Shown: piece by piece, positions 1 to 14,937 of the stretch | How the letters are laid out: every line of letters starts with the position of its first letter | Position numbering within the stretch: position 1 is the first letter of the stretch | Assembly: GCA_030248215.1 (NCBI GenBank) | Contig: JASANG010001402.1 | Span: 62,001 to 126,000 of the forward strand | Direction of reading: 5' to 3' | DNA from: Enoplolaimus lenunculus | Taxonomy: Eukaryota | Length of the DNA: 64,000 nt | Position numbers and translations under genes: made by a program | The notes under the pieces: generated by a model | Seen by the model: only the letters and a program-made list of their open reading frames with translations | Database searches by the model: none | Told to the model about the DNA's origin: nothing

Positions 1-3000
1 GATTCGCCAGGCGCCTTCTCATCGGCTACTTCGACTGATGGTTTATGAATAGCTATATCCTTAGGCACATTCAGATTGGCTATTTCACCAGGCGTATTTT
101 TATTGGCTACTTCAGCAGGCGCATTCGTTTCGCGTTCAGTCATTGCAAATTCTAAGGTACCAATTTCATAACATCCATCGTTAAATGTTTCCTGGATTTC
201 ACTATCCGCAATTCCATTGTCACTTTCAGAATTCAAAAAAGTTTCAATTTCGGAATACGTTTGGCAGTCCTCTATTACTCCAGTAGATCCACCACCTTCG
301 CTTCCGGAGGATTTTTCCAGACAAGTTTCCGACACAGAATGAATCAGGCCTTTATCCACAGCAGGCGAAGGACTAACAGATCGCGCGCTAGTATCAGCCT
401 CTGTACTTGTCGAATCTTTCTCTCGACACCTATTTTCGATTACATCTTCATTTTCTCCAGGTTCTAAGATCTTGTCCAAAAAGCTACCTTCAACAGCAGT
501 AACATTTACTTCGCAACTGCTCTCCTCTAGAGAACTCTTTGGGCAATTTTCACTAATTTGATCACTAGGTCCACTAGTGGCGCTTGCGAGATCTAAGTCG
601 TCTGAAATCTGAGCAACGGGGCCTGCTTCATCAGTTGAATTCCAGCTATTGCATCCTCTCAGTGCAGAGTCACCGCCAAAATTGCGATTCCTACATTCTG
701 TCAGAACCACACCCTCATCAACCCTACCCTCAGATTGGCTAGGAATCGCTTCGGGCATTCTACTATCTGAAGAAGCAGTCAAGCATGCACCCGTGTCGTT
801 TTCATTCTGTACTTCCGACTGTCCGTTTGTGCACGATTCTATTTGCAGTCCAGACGGACCACAACCGTCCGCCACACTCCTTCCATCCTCAAGGTCAATT
901 GAAATTTCATTTTCATTACCGTTTTCGATTTGCACACCATTTTCAAAGGCACGCACCGTTGTACACACACTCAGCGCTGTCTTGCGCCCGCATGAGCTAT
1001 ATGGTATTGGCAAATCATTCCCATTTCCATTGTTGATGCTTGCAGACTCTATGCCGCTATTGTTTTCACAATCTCCATCGGTTGTATCACTCAAATGATC
1101 AGAGCTTGGATTAGGCGTAGCCTTGCCATTTTCCATGGTTATAATACTTCGCTGCGGTTGATTACTTGCCAAATTGGTGTTTTCACAACCAGACTGCATG
1201 CCATTTGAACTGGAATTGTTTACTACATCTTCTTCAGTCCTCGAGCTTTCAAGATGCTCAGCACTAGTCGATTGCAACGGTAATTTGCTAGAGTCATTCT
1301 GATTGGCTACTTTGGCAGAAGAAACGTGATTGGCTACTTTGATTGGCGCATGCTGAGTGATTTCTGCGGCAGACGCATTCCGATCGACCACTTTGTCAAA
1401 CGTACGTTGATTGTCTATCTGGCCCGACATATTCTGATTGCCTGATCCGTCAGAGGTACTCTGACTGGCTGCGGCGCTAGACACATTTTGATCGACTACT
1501 TTGCCAGGCGTATTTTGATTGGCTACTTCGCCAAACGCTATCTGCCCGACTAATTTCACTTTAGCATTTTGATACTTATTCTGATTAGTTAGCTTGCCAA
1601 TCACATTCTGATTGGCCTGTTGGCCAGTCGTATTCTGATTGACTACTTTGGCAGGCATATTGTGACTGGATACGTCGAAAGTTGCATTCTCATTGGCTCC
1701 TTCGCCAGATGCCTTCTGGCGGGTTAACTCGTCAGACACATTCTGATTGCCTACTTCGCCAGACGCACTCTCACTAGCTGCTTCGCCACACGTATTCTGA
1801 TTACTTACTTCGCCAGTCGCTCTCTGATTGCCTACTTCGCGAGGTACATTCTGACTGGATACGTCGAAATATGCATTCTCACTGGCTACTTCACCAGATA
1901 CATTTTGGAGGGTTACATCGCCACACACTTTCTGATTGTCTACTTCACCAGACGCACTCTCACTGGTTGCTTTGCCAGACGCATTCTGAATGGATACTTC
2001 GCCAGTCACTTTTAGATTGCCTACTTCGCCAGATATATTCTGACGGGATACGTCGAAAGATGCATTCTCACTGGCTACTTCACCAGATACATTTTGGAGG
2101 GTTACATCGCAACACACTTTCTGATTGTCTACTTCACCAGACGCACTCTCACTGGCTACTTTGACAGACGCATTCTGATTGGCTATTTCGCCAGATATAT
2201 TCTGACTGGATACGTCGAAAGATGCATTCTCACTGACTTTGCCAGATGTATTCTGGTGGGTTACTTTGCCACACACTTTCTGACTGCCTGTTTCGCCAAA
2301 CGCACTCTCACTGGCCACTTTTCCAGACGCATTCTGATTGGATACTTCGCTAGTCACTTTCAGATTGACTACGTCGCTATAATATATATTATGACTGGAT
2401 ACGTTTAAAGATGCGTTCTCATTGGCTACTTCACTAGATTCGTTCTGTTGGGTTACTTTGCCAGACACTTTCTGAATGCATACCTCGCCAGACGCACTCT
2501 GACGGGCTACTTCGCCAGACACATTCTGATCGGGTACTTCGCCAGCCGCTTTCTGATTGCCTAATTTGCCAGATATATTCTGACTGGATGCGTCAACAGA
2601 TGCATTCTCACACGCTACTTCGCTAGATACATTCTGGTGGGCTACATCCCCAGATACTTTCTGATCACCAACGTCGTCAGACGAATTCTGTTTGGCTACA
2701 TTGCCAGGCGCACTCTCAATGGCTACTTCGTCAGACGCGTTCTGATTGCCTACTTCGCCAGTCGAATACTCCTTGTCCGCCGCATTAAATCCTGCCGGGC
2801 TTATCGGCGAACCAAACTCGTCCATTAAATCAAGAGCGTTAATTTCGTCAATCTCCGGAGTCCCAACCGCTGTTATAGCCGCTTCTGCACTTTCAGCACC
2901 TTCCGGATCACGGCGAGTACTACAATTATGGTCTCTGGATACATGCTGAGTATGATTAGTAGTTGCAGTAGCACCAGACCCATCTATCACTCGATCTCTC

Positions 3001-3985
3001 AGACCCTGTGTTCGCAATGGGCCACTTTCTTCTCGACAATCAGAAGACACGACTGCACCTACATTTTCATTCCAGGCTTCAATCCCAGATACTGGGGCAA
3101 CAGGTACACCTGGCTCTTCGCCTTGGGTCATAGCATGATCACAAATCATACTGAGTTGTTGCGAAATCATTTCAGAGTCCAAATTTGAATTCGACACGGA
3201 TGAATTATTGGTGACCTTTATACGTGGGGTAGCCTGTGCATTTTCGGATCCGTCAGACATCACTGAACGTTGCTGGCTTGACTCCAAATTCTGATCCGTG
3301 TTGCTCCCGTCGCCACTTTGCGCATCATCAACAGCGCCCAGACCATCCAACGCCATTAAGTCAATCGCGGACACACCGTTCGTAAACTCATCGTCATTAC
3401 TAGCTGGTGATAGGTATGCCAAGCTGCAAGGAAACGGCGGTGTTGATTCTGACTGGCTAGTTGTTATGACAGCGCCCGACGATGTCGACTCTGATTGGTC
3501 TGTTGGCGTCGCATCACAAGTCATTCTCGATTCTCTTTGGTCCGCTCGCGTCGCATCGCCAATCGTTCTTGATTCTGATTGGTCCGTTTTGTTGGTCGTC
3601 GCCACGGTTGGCCGTAACTGACTAGACGTTGCTACAGTACTGCCCATAGACGACTCGAACTGGCTAGCTGTCACTTCGCTCAGAGATGATACGCCATGAG
3701 CTTCGGCCCTGCTAACAGATAAGGATTGGGCAGACATAGCAATTCTAGTCCTATCAAAAGGCGATTCGCCTGTGATCGTTGCTCGAGAGTCTGATGCTGT
3801 ATGGGCATCCGTTGGTTCCGTTTTGAGTGAGTGACCAGCCATAATTCCGTTGCTGGCCATTCTTGGCAGCGAGTGATCATTTGAGTTAGTTTGGATATTG
3901 CTCACCGTCCCATCCGTTCGACGAAAAGCACTGCTCGGAGGCAAAAAATTCGCGTTTGTACACTGAACAGCGTTTGAACATCCCA
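1..3985 (-). CDS. Giant (>=3985 bp) coding exon of the TRIM gene, Ser/Glu/Asn/Asp-rich; absent from the ORF track because it runs off the window edge
   Basis: Acceptor ttattcaattttcAG ends at 3986. Phase-1 join with the previous exon (GCC GAA G|TG GGA TGT). Reading is open in the same frame where I checked at both ends (...DIAIHKPSVEVADEKAPGES at the window edge). I did not check every codon. Confidence 0.8.
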
Positions 3986-4700
3986 CTGAAAATTGAATAA
4001 GCTCAAAAAATTATATCTCTAATCATTGTTACACTGCAGTAAAAAGCGTTTGCAACAAAATTTAGATTGCTTTCAGTCCGAAAAATAGTTAACTTTAACC
4101 AGTTTTCAGTCAGAAAACTATTTTCAATAATTGCAAATTTAGATGGACATTTTAATTTTGAGGTATTACCTATGACCAGTAAGTAACCCATTTTCAAACA
4201 AGCGAACTGCGGTAGCTACGGATCTCAAACTCAATTTGTAAGTAGAACAAACTAAAATACGAAAACTGTGCTAACATTCATAAATTACGATTGGCTAGAT
4301 TCACGATCTCAATACACCCAACACTAACTGACAAAAGTGTCCGAATCTCTTATGATACAGTCAGATATAGAATAGCCCATATCATATTTTTTGAATGCAA
4401 AGAGCTGTTTTCAAATTACTTACCTTCGGCTTTGAGAACAGCCCGTCTGGGTTCAGCTGATTCAGTTCCAGGTGATTGTTGAAAGACATCTTGTTGTTGC
4501 GGCAAATCACTATGTCGACAACGTTGTTCTGCAATCCTAGCACCATCTGTTGAGGCACCACCCTGTAGGTGAATGGCAGTTTGTGGTTCGTATCTTCGTT
4601 CGGCTGACAATCTTAAATCGCAACTTTCGTAAGAGACAGTCCGTGAATTCTGCTGTTCACAGGCATGAGATTCATCGTGTTGTGTTATGTTTTTTCGTCG

Positions 4701-4747
<47 letters not shown>

Positions 4748-7700
4748 GCGGTGGTGGTGGTTGCTGTTGTTGTTGTAGTTGCTGTGGTTGTAGTTGCTGC
4801 TGCTGCTGTTGTTGTAGACGCTGTTGTTGTTGTTGTTGTTTGTACCTGTATTCCTGTTCCTGAAACTGCGATCGATATTCCAGTGCCAGATTCTGTTGTG
4901 ATTGTTGCATCAGTTGCTGTGGTTGCCGTTGTTCCTCCCTTTGTAGTAGCTGCTGTTTTTGCTCTTGTTGTTGTTGTTGTTGTTGCTGCTGCTGTTGTTG
5001 TTGTTGTTGTAGTTGCTGCTGCTGTTGTTGTTGTAGTTGTTGCTGCTGTAACTCTTGCCTTTGGTGTATTACTTGCTGTTGTTCTTGTTGTTGTAGTTCT
5101 TGCGTTTGGCGTACTGCTTGCTGTTGTTGTTGTTGTTGTTCTTGTTGTCGTTGTTGCGGATGCGGTTGTTGTTGATGATGATGTGGTCGCTGTTGTTGCT
5201 GCGGCTGCTGCTGTTCTTGTTCATGCTGGTAGAGATTAGGATACTGAAGTCTGCATAGTGCATCCGACTTCATTTGGTTACGGTGAAGCAGAACTGCTGG
5301 CGTAACGTTACAAATTGAGCTCGACGCGGGGTTTACAACAGAACGAGTTGCCATAGTAGGAACCGGACGATTATGTCGCAGTTGCTGTTGTGGTTGACAA
5401 TATTGTTGCATTAACTGTTGTTGTATATGTTGTTGTTGTTGAGTTTGTTGTTTTGACATTTTTTGCTGTTGTAGCTGTTGTACAGAATATGCTGGATCGT
5501 CAAGTAACACCTGGTGTTGGATAAGTGGTTCTTGTCGATGATGATGTTGTAGTCTTTGCTGCAGTTGGTATTTTTCTAGTGGCAGTTGCTGTTGTTGCTG
5601 CGGTTGTTGTTGATGTTGTTGCTGCTGCTGCTGCTGTTGTTGTTGTTGTTGTTGCGGTTGTTGCTGTTGTTGATGTTGTTGCTGCTGTTGCTGTTGTTGT
5701 GGTCGTTGCTGCTGTTGCTGTTGTTGATGTTGTTGCTGCTGTTGCTGTTGTTGTGGTTGTTGGTGCAGTTGATGTTGTTGTGGTTGTTGGTGCAGCTGAT
5801 GTTGTTGCGGTTGTTGTTGCGGTTGTTGTTGTGGTTGTTGTTGCGGTTGTGGTTGTTGTTGCGGTTGTGGTTGTTGGCGTTGTTGTTGTTGTTGTTGCTG
5901 CTGCTGCTGCTGTTGTAGTTGCTGCTGCTGTTGCTGCTGTTGTGGTAGCAACTGCTGCTGATGCGCCACCTGTTGTAACTGCGACAGCGGCGGTGCGCCC
6001 CGCGTCGCCGTCGCCAAAAGCCGTTGAGATCTAACAAGATCGCTCACGTCCAAGGGTCTGCTTTGAATAACAGTGTTCGGTTTTGGCGCTCGAAAGCTAC
6101 CATGAGCGGGTCCTATTTGACTTTGAGCACAAGTAAATGATGGTGGCCACAAATCATGAATATGCGTTGACGGTTGGTTAGCATGCAAAGGCTGCAATGG
6201 GGAATGTAGCGGCTGCTGCTGCTGCTGTTTTTGTTGTTGTAGTTGTAGTTGTTGTTGTTGCTGTTGTTGTTGTTTTTGTTGCTGACGCTGTGTTTGTTGT
6301 GCTGGTTGGTTCGCCGGAGCCTTAGCTTTACGACTGCGTTTTTTCGGCTGTCGATCTCCGGATGCATCAAGACAAGGAGAATTCCACGCAGAATGTGTGG
6401 CACTAAAATAACACTGGTTGGGTTTCCGAAATCTTAAGTAAATACTAAACTTTTTAAGTAAAAACAGATAAATCTCAGTTGCGACCCACTGTCGTAACTT
6501 GGAAGCTATAATTTTGTTTGTGGTTTGGAGGCGCAATGATTCTAGAGTTTTAACTAGACTAAACATAATGTGCCTGAAATGGTAGTCAGCAACGCAACAT
6601 ATTGTCAGTGACTTCAGTATTTGCTTAACTTAAGTACAGTTCTAGAAACGATAAATTTGTTAAGTTGCTTGTGTGCTTAAGAGGGGTTTCAAAAACCCAG
6701 CCATTATCTATTACCGTTCCTAATATTTTAGCCGTTGAAGCTTTACCAATCAAAGAACAAAACCGATTGTTTTTTGATCAGTCATTTGTGAATCTCGGCT
6801 AGTTAGCTTAGCAACCTAAAGCAGTATTCTTCAGCGTGTTACGCCTCAAAGCTAAACTGTTTAAATGCAATGGCCTAATTAGCATAAAATTGACTGGGTT
6901 TCTGAAATCATACTAAGTATTTACTTAAATTATTTCTAATCATTTACTTAAGCCATCGGCTTTAATTTTTAACTTTTTGAACAAAGCAATACAAATGACA
7001 ATTTTGAACAATTCTGATTAGCGATTATAAAAGAAGTTATAGTTTTCTTTAGATCCACAACCTCAGAAAGATCAAGGTTAGTACGACAGAAACCGTTAGT
7101 GTTACACTATACTTTTCTTTGCCGAGCGCCGCCGTGCGCGCGTCAAAAACTGAATTTTTTGTAAAGTTTCAAATTATTTATTAAAATATTTCGCATTTGC
7201 TTGATTCCGTCTCACCTGTTGTTACATCGCATCTCGTTAGCAGCACCAACAGCCCCAATAGTAGCTTCATCGATAACGGAATTGATCACAGCAACTGCTG
7301 AACTAGTTTCTGGACCAGAATATCGACGACTGTGGCTAGTTGAAAGACCACACTGATCATACGGTAGACATGTTGGAGGTGCAATGTCGCCGGGTAACTC
7401 GCGTGATGGCGACGGGGTAGAATCGGCACACGGAGGTGACACAGACGCCGGGCTTACGTCGCGCATACGAGAAAATACTGGCTGTGGTTGTTGTTGAGGT
7501 ACGAATTGAGCAAATGCCTACAGGAACATAAAAATGCTATCAACACAACAACTTTGAAAAAAATGAACTTGGAAGATGATAACGAACTTATAAAATTCAA
7601 ATTACAAATTTATAGGTGAGGGCACCAACCAGAGCTAACGTATATTACTAAACGAATGAACGTTTTCTAGTCTGTTGATATTACCGTTCACAGCTGAACA

Positions 7701-10700
7701 AACATATTTTTGTTGAGAACTAAAACGCAAAGTCGAAACGATGGTATGGTAAAGTCTAATGCATAAATGAATGTAAGTACATATTTTATAGTTTTTGCAT
7801 CATTTAAACACCAGATTCTTATTTAGTTTATCATGACGCATAGAGTCAACCAAATCAAACATTTTAAATTTTGGCCCCGGTTAGGCCCCGGCAAATTATA
7901 AGTGTCAGCACCGTTCCCGGCGCTGAACTTGTGGCCAGACCATGAAGTAGCTCTAATACATAGTAGACAGTGACTAACTGAAACCTACATGAAATCTATC
8001 AGTATTCGAGACGCAAAAAATAGCCTGACATAGATAGACAAAGTTTTTCGGTGCCAGAATAATCACCTTAAAACTTAATCTAATTTTTCAAAATAAATAT
8101 AGCAATGCTTGTTCCTCTGACACATACATTTATAATATATATACCTGTAACTGATGTATCGAAACATTGGGAATATTCGTTTCCAAAATCCTGACGTGCC
8201 TAAAACAAAACACAGTGCCCCAAACTGAAGCATTTTTACTCAATAAAATATTTGCCAAACCCAAACTCAGAAACCTTGCACATGTCTTAAAAGTTATGAA
8301 ACGAAGCTGCGATTTCCCAAAGTAGATTCGAGCCCACTAGTTGTTTTAAACCGATACCGGTGTTGGTAAACCCAGAGTATTTGTGTTGGTATTTTTAGAA
8401 ACATACCGATACTTTAAACTTTACTGTATTCTCAGACAAATTAAGCTGAATTATAATTATGTACTATTCATATTCTGTACGACTTCAGAATTACAAAATT
8501 CAGATTTGCTAAAATGAGTTCATGTTAGCAAATCATTGAAACTTGAACAAATTAAAAAAGTTACATTAGATTATTAAAAAGCAGCCGCTTAGGTTACTGA
8601 ATCCTAGAGACGCTACATTTAAGAACACGAAAGTAATAACTGCATTACGCCCGTGTAACTTGTATTGAATATTTTTGTGGTATTGTGAAATGTGCGACCG
8701 GATAATGATCTACCGAATACCGGAACCGGATGCGGATATTGAATTTTTCCGCAACAGGAACAGGATATTGTATGTTAAAATAATTTAATTTCCAGCCGCA
8801 TTTTTAGCGTGCTCAAGGTTTTCGTCTGTTATAAAGTTAATAATTGCTGCGGATAACCAAAAACGTATCAACACTTGAACTTCTTGGCTTGCCCAGGAAA
8901 GTAATCGCAGCAAAATGTTAAAGACGATCACTGGCAAACAACTCAGTTTTCTGATATTCGGCACCACAACCGTAAATATCCGGTATCCGGTAGGTTTATA
9001 CCGGATACCGAAACCGGATACGGATATCAGTATTTTGAAGGATATTACACCGGAACCGAATATCCGTTCGCACCCTGGTATTGCGTACAAGTCAATAATA
9101 AGTATCGGTACCATATTACAATAACATCTATATATGAGTATTTTACAATATCACATTAACATAACCACATTTAAAACATAACGTGACCGTGAAAAACAAA
9201 GCTTGTCATGTACCCCTACCAAATCCTTTTACAAGTCATTACCGACTCTTGAGCCCTTAAACTTAACTGGTTACAGCCCCTATCACCAGTCAGCAACAGG
9301 TATTCAAGGAAACAATACTTCATTATGTGTGAGGCCGAAGTTGAACATAGCTGCGAAAACGCTGCCCTATATGCACGGCGCGAAATTTCGAGATGGTACC
9401 ATATAGCACCGAGCGGCATCAAAAAGTCGCGCAACCTTACCTAGTCCTGTCGTAAACTGTTGGGTACTTGTTCACTTCTCTTAAACTAATTTTAATTTGA
9501 TAAATGGCACAACTTCCCCCGAAGCCAAAGCCTCAGCCTGCTTCATTAATCCAGTCATTATGTGTACGGTAAAAGTTTCTGTGGGGGGGAATTAACCAAG
9601 TGCTGACTGTTGATAGGTTCTATACACAGTTAACGAATACGAAACCATCAGGAACTCACGTTTTCACAGTTTTCAAAACTGATTGCTGTGCTGCTTCAGT
9701 AGGCACGGAAATGTCAAATTTTGCAGCAGAGCGTACAGCGTCGCAATGAGGCGTGTGACACTGTAGAAGTTGTTGCGGGATGCTACCGATCAAATTAGCA
9801 GTTTCAATTGCCAAATAATCGTTTTCAACCCGACGGACCAGATCCCAAGCTAACTCAATCTGTAAGCAAATACACGTCCGGTTTACTCTAAGGGATTGAG
9901 AAAGATAGCCGGCCAAAGGTGGCGCTATCCTTGTCGTGCGGCTGGCTCCGGCGTTGTCTAACGCTACACGTCAAAACTTTTGTTTACAAATATTATTGTT
10001 AAGTGGTACTACAATGTATTCATGTGCGACACCGACCGCTGCCGAGCGAAATTACAATGGTCTACGCATCACCCTAAGACAGATGTTTCTGACGAATTTT
10101 CCTCTATGCAGAAAATCAAAATCAAAATTAAGTTCCAATACTCCAGCATGCCGAATGATTATCGCAAAAAGTACAACATAACTCTATATTAAACTGCTAT
10201 TTAAATGCAAAATCCCCAATATATCACAATAACTCGTTGTTCCAGATCACAGAACTACGTATGTATGCAAGGAAACAAAATTATAACAAAATATAATCTA
10301 AATACAAAGTTGCAACAAATCATAACAGGTCCATAGCTGCCAAATTAGCACAATTAAGTAGGGATGTGCCAATTAATCGGCATCGACATAGGTACCAATC
10401 GGCACTTTCGTGAGTATCGGCATCGGCCCTGCAAAAAAATTGCCGATTCTTTTCCGACACTTTTTGCACATAACGCTCAGTTAGAATACTATCACTTTCA
10501 TTTTTGGGCGCAGATCAGTGTGCCTGCATGGGGAAATTGTTATCTTTCTTGCATTTGTGTTTGAAACAATTAATTGAAATAAACCGTTCTCTAAAATTAA
10601 TCATCGTTTATGATCGTTAGGGTTTAACTCTTCATGTAATGATGTAATGTAGTATCCTATCCGTTTGTTAAGCATGGTGTTCTAAAATTGAAATCGGCAT

Positions 10701-13700
10701 CGGCAAAATTTTTGGTATCGGCACATCCGTACAATAAAGTTTTGTTTTTATTAGTAATAATATCAAGCCAGTCTTACCGTAGTCGTCAATGTTAATCGCT
10801 TGTCAATTTCATTTCTAGCTTCATTACAAACGTAAGTTTTCGCACTAATGCCACGATTCAAATCATCAATAACTTCTTGTTTTCGTTTTCGGATGCCATC
10901 CTACAATAATAAAAAATACCTCACAATATCTTTTGAATTTATTCTAGATTTTTTATCGTGAAATTGACATTTTTATGACGAATCGTGGAAGACAAAAAAT
11001 TTCAGCTGCAATTTTTCACGCATTTAACCGTATATTATCAAAACTGCATAAAACGATAACCAAATAATATCACCCCAAACGTGCCAAACGTCATACATAT
11101 GTAAACTATTACAAATTACTACTATTTCCCTTGTGGAGTCGGGGTGCCACATTCGAGCTCTTCCACTCTGATTTCACCCCAACTTTTTGCGTCCTACCAA
11201 CACGAACGAAAAATCTTAGAATGTGCTAACTTTTAAGTATAATTTACACCAGTTTTAACGTCGTGCATACGTCGAGGCAGGGCATCTGTACGACAGCATA
11301 CATATTTGCGTTTATGAATAATACTAGATGCGTACCCAGAAAGAACGTAAAATACGAAAACATTAAATTCTAAAGGTACAAAATTTGCTTCTATCCACCC
11401 CCTCACCAGCGACCTATAAGCACTCCACAATTATGAAACGCGAGACCATATTTACGATTAATGCGTATAACACCATCGCCAGTTAATACAAATAAAATCG
11501 AGAGCATTTAAATGTAGCATATTTTTGTAATTATATTTTGCCATGCTGCTATGATACAAAATTTCAGATCCAGAGCTTTCGCATATATTATTGCTAACTG
11601 TAACTATCAACCAATACAAAAAAATTCACTTATTATTTTTTGAATATCCGGTTCGGATTTCAATCACAGTATGATATAATTTTAGATTACTTAGGCACGT
11701 CATATTTTTGTTATCCGGTTGCATTCGTTCTACAACCAGCCCTGACTTACAATAATCGCATCAAAATACGCTGAAACGCGGGATATTGAGCTCGTACGCA
11801 ACGCAGTATAATCGTTAATTCTTTGAAACGCCAACGTTGATAAGTGTTGTAAATTCTTCGCTATTTGTCGAGTTGAATGATACTTATGTTCAATTTGAGC
11901 TTTTGAGTTAGCGGCAACACTCTATAACCATTAGCGTGTGTATTTTTAGAAAACAGTCATGATAAAAAATTTTGATATACATACGTGGCGTTCGCTGCGT
12001 GGGTAGTGGACCGTCCCCCCACTCGGCCAACCATACCAACTCGATTTGTCCCCTGTTCGATCAGTTATAATACAATAGATATGTGTATAAAGTATGCTTA
12101 CGTGATATATCAGAACGATTAGGCAATGTTAAACGAGATTTTCCCTCAAAAACTGTAATTCTGCGGATAAAAACAACCCCAGCCAGTAAAGAATTTTCTC
12201 CGGCTATACGGGTCGCCAGATACAACCCCTCCACTCTCTCGAAACCCTGCGAATGTTCAGCATACCTCGCTAAATTTCACACAGAATTACGACTGCTAGT
12301 ACGTGAAATTTAATCACATAATGCGCTCTGTGTTTGTATTCTCAAAATGTGTACAGCACCTGTCACCAGCTGATCTTAGGCTCCCCCTCCCAGCATACCT
12401 TGCTAAATTTCACCAAAAATCACGACTGCTAGTAAGTGAAAATATTACCATATTATATTTCATGATACAATTTTATTTACAGCGGCTTTGTGACCGTGTT
12501 CTCAAAATGAGTATAGCACCTGTCACCAGTTGATCTTAAATTACGTAACTATCCGAACTACAAAATGAAGAGCACCGAAATTGAGCACATGTTCGTCATA
12601 AAACTTATATACCTTGCTACACTGTCGAATCCAGACATTAATTCATAATTGCCTGTATCCGATAAATAGTATTTTTCATAGCTCAATTTTACGACCCTTA
12701 AGCGATTCTTGAGTTTATTATTTTATCTAAATTTAACACATTTATGCATCCTTTTCACTGCGTTTTCCTTACCTTAACGTCATCACATCTATGCAAAAAA
12801 TGAGCCCCACTCATAAAACAATTTACGCAGCAAATTGTCTTACAATCCAAGCACATTTTTGACGCCAAGTTCATTGGATGCGCGATGCACGGTCTTGAAC
12901 CTGGCAGACCAATCCTGTCCAGCGGAACAATTTGGTGTGTTTTGAGCGAGCGTAGCTGTAAAAGATTAAAGATTATAGACATTGACTGGATAATAATTTT
13001 GCCGGAACCGCAGCCCGATAGCAAATTTTTTACCTGAACCGGATATTAACCGGATCAATCGCGATGTCGGTTGCACTTATATAATTAATCTTGTCTGTGA
13101 CTGTGTGTGCTGCATAATGCCGCAATGCTGGCGTATCAAAGAATTTTATAAAACTATTCTTTGACATAACGCGCGGCACTGCGCAGTAGCGTGCGGCGAC
13201 CAGCACAACCATTAATATCAAACACGAGCTATACAAGTGTGACAACAGAAGTAAGTCGAATTCGGCAAAAATTGAAAGTTTGGTTCGGATTTGGTTGTGA
13301 AAAAGACCGAATTCAAAAGCCGAATCTAAAAATGTTCTGCAATAATATATGCTAAGATTTTTTAAACATCAAAAATTTTAAAAAAATTTGTAAATGAATC
13401 AATATTTTTTGTTTCAGGTCACAAATCAGACCTGAGGTCGGGTACGAAATAATTGCTGTCTGCGAAAACACCAGATTGGCTGGAAACTCGTCTTACCCGT
13501 TCGTGAGCAGCTACGCATTCATCGCACAAATTATCTTCGCACTGCCTGCAATGATATTTTGCGAAACTTTTCGTACTACACGAAGAGCACACGAGTGTCG
13601 CGTTGCGAATAATGCCACCAATGTATTCCGATAGAAAGTTGTTACGTATTAGATCAAACGGAAACACATATCGGCACCGTGTGCATTGTACCGAACCTGA

Positions 13701-14854
13701 AAATAAGACGTGAACATCACAGAGTTTCATTTATTTTGACAGGTACAAATCTCATACGTCCGACACTAAAACAAACAGTTTTTGTTGAAAGTTTTCAAAT
13801 TATAATATAATTTCAATACCAAAAATACCGAAAAATTCCAGTGACAAACTACCGGAATCAGTACTGAAACCTGTGTACAGGGTGCAACCGGAATTCCGGT
13901 TCCGGTTCCGGCATTTTTTCACCTTCCGGTTCCGGTTCCGGTAAATTTTTACCGGATTTAAAAATTCCGGTATTATAATTTGGCCGTTTTCTTAACTTTG
14001 CTAATTTTTAAAAATCTGTTTTGAAAGCCACTTGTACTCCAAATATAAGCCAATGATGGTGGATTTCACTTCAGTCGACGACGAAAATCTAAAATACAAC
14101 AAATAAAATAAATACCGATGTTCGACTAAGGTCATTTCACAAATAATAGGGCAAAAAATAAGAATAAAATGAAATTTTTGGTGAAATACATTTTTCAATT
14201 TCCGGTTTCGTTTCCGGTTCCGGTAAAATTTTCAAATTCCGGTTCCGGTAAATTGTAATTCCGGTTGCACCCTGCCTGTGTAATAGTCAAAAATGCCGCG
14301 TTTCCGTACCGGAACCGAAATTCCGGTTGCACCCAAGTTTTACACAAATTATTGGTATTCACTGAGGCTTACCTAGGATATATACGTATATACTAGTCAT
14401 CTTATGCAAATCGCAATACTTTACACAGTTGCGTGCATCACAGGCGTGTGAAAATTGCGACATAGTGAACGCAAGTTATTGTGGAAAATGAAAATGCAAC
14501 TTACCAGCACCAGCTTGGCTGACCACGCTTGGAACACAACCAACGCACGCAACATGCAAACACGGCAACAACCGCGACTCAACTCCGCCCAATAAATCCG
14601 CCGAACACGCAACACACACTGCAAAATATCGTTTATACTGCTCAAATATTGCATCTTGTTGTTTTTGTTGTTGTTGTTGTGGTTGTTGTTGTTGTTGCAG
14701 TTGTTGTTGCCGTTGTTGTGGTTGTTGTTGTTGTTGTTGCCGCTGTTGTTGCCGCTGTTGTTGTTCTTCTTGTTGTTGTTGTTGTTGTTGCGGTTCTTGT
14801 TGTTGTTGTTGTTGTTGGAGTTGTGGTTGTTGCCGCTGTTGTTGTTGTTGCCGC

Positions 14855-14937
<83 letters not shown>

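Noticed and set aside
261..3880. Many short ORFs (mostly plus strand) in the first 4 kb
   Set aside because: They are shadows of the long minus-strand TRIM exon and its 27-bp repeats.
4550..6437. Poly-Val, poly-Leu and poly-Asn ORFs (also at 14421-15021)
   Set aside because: They are alternative frames or the antisense of CAA/CAG tracts. Only the Gln frame joins the neighbouring exons in phase.
6403..6566. N-terminal 55 codons of the 716-aa ORF as an independent gene start
   Set aside because: An acceptor at 6404-6403 joins in phase to exon 7517-7216, so the extension is intronic.
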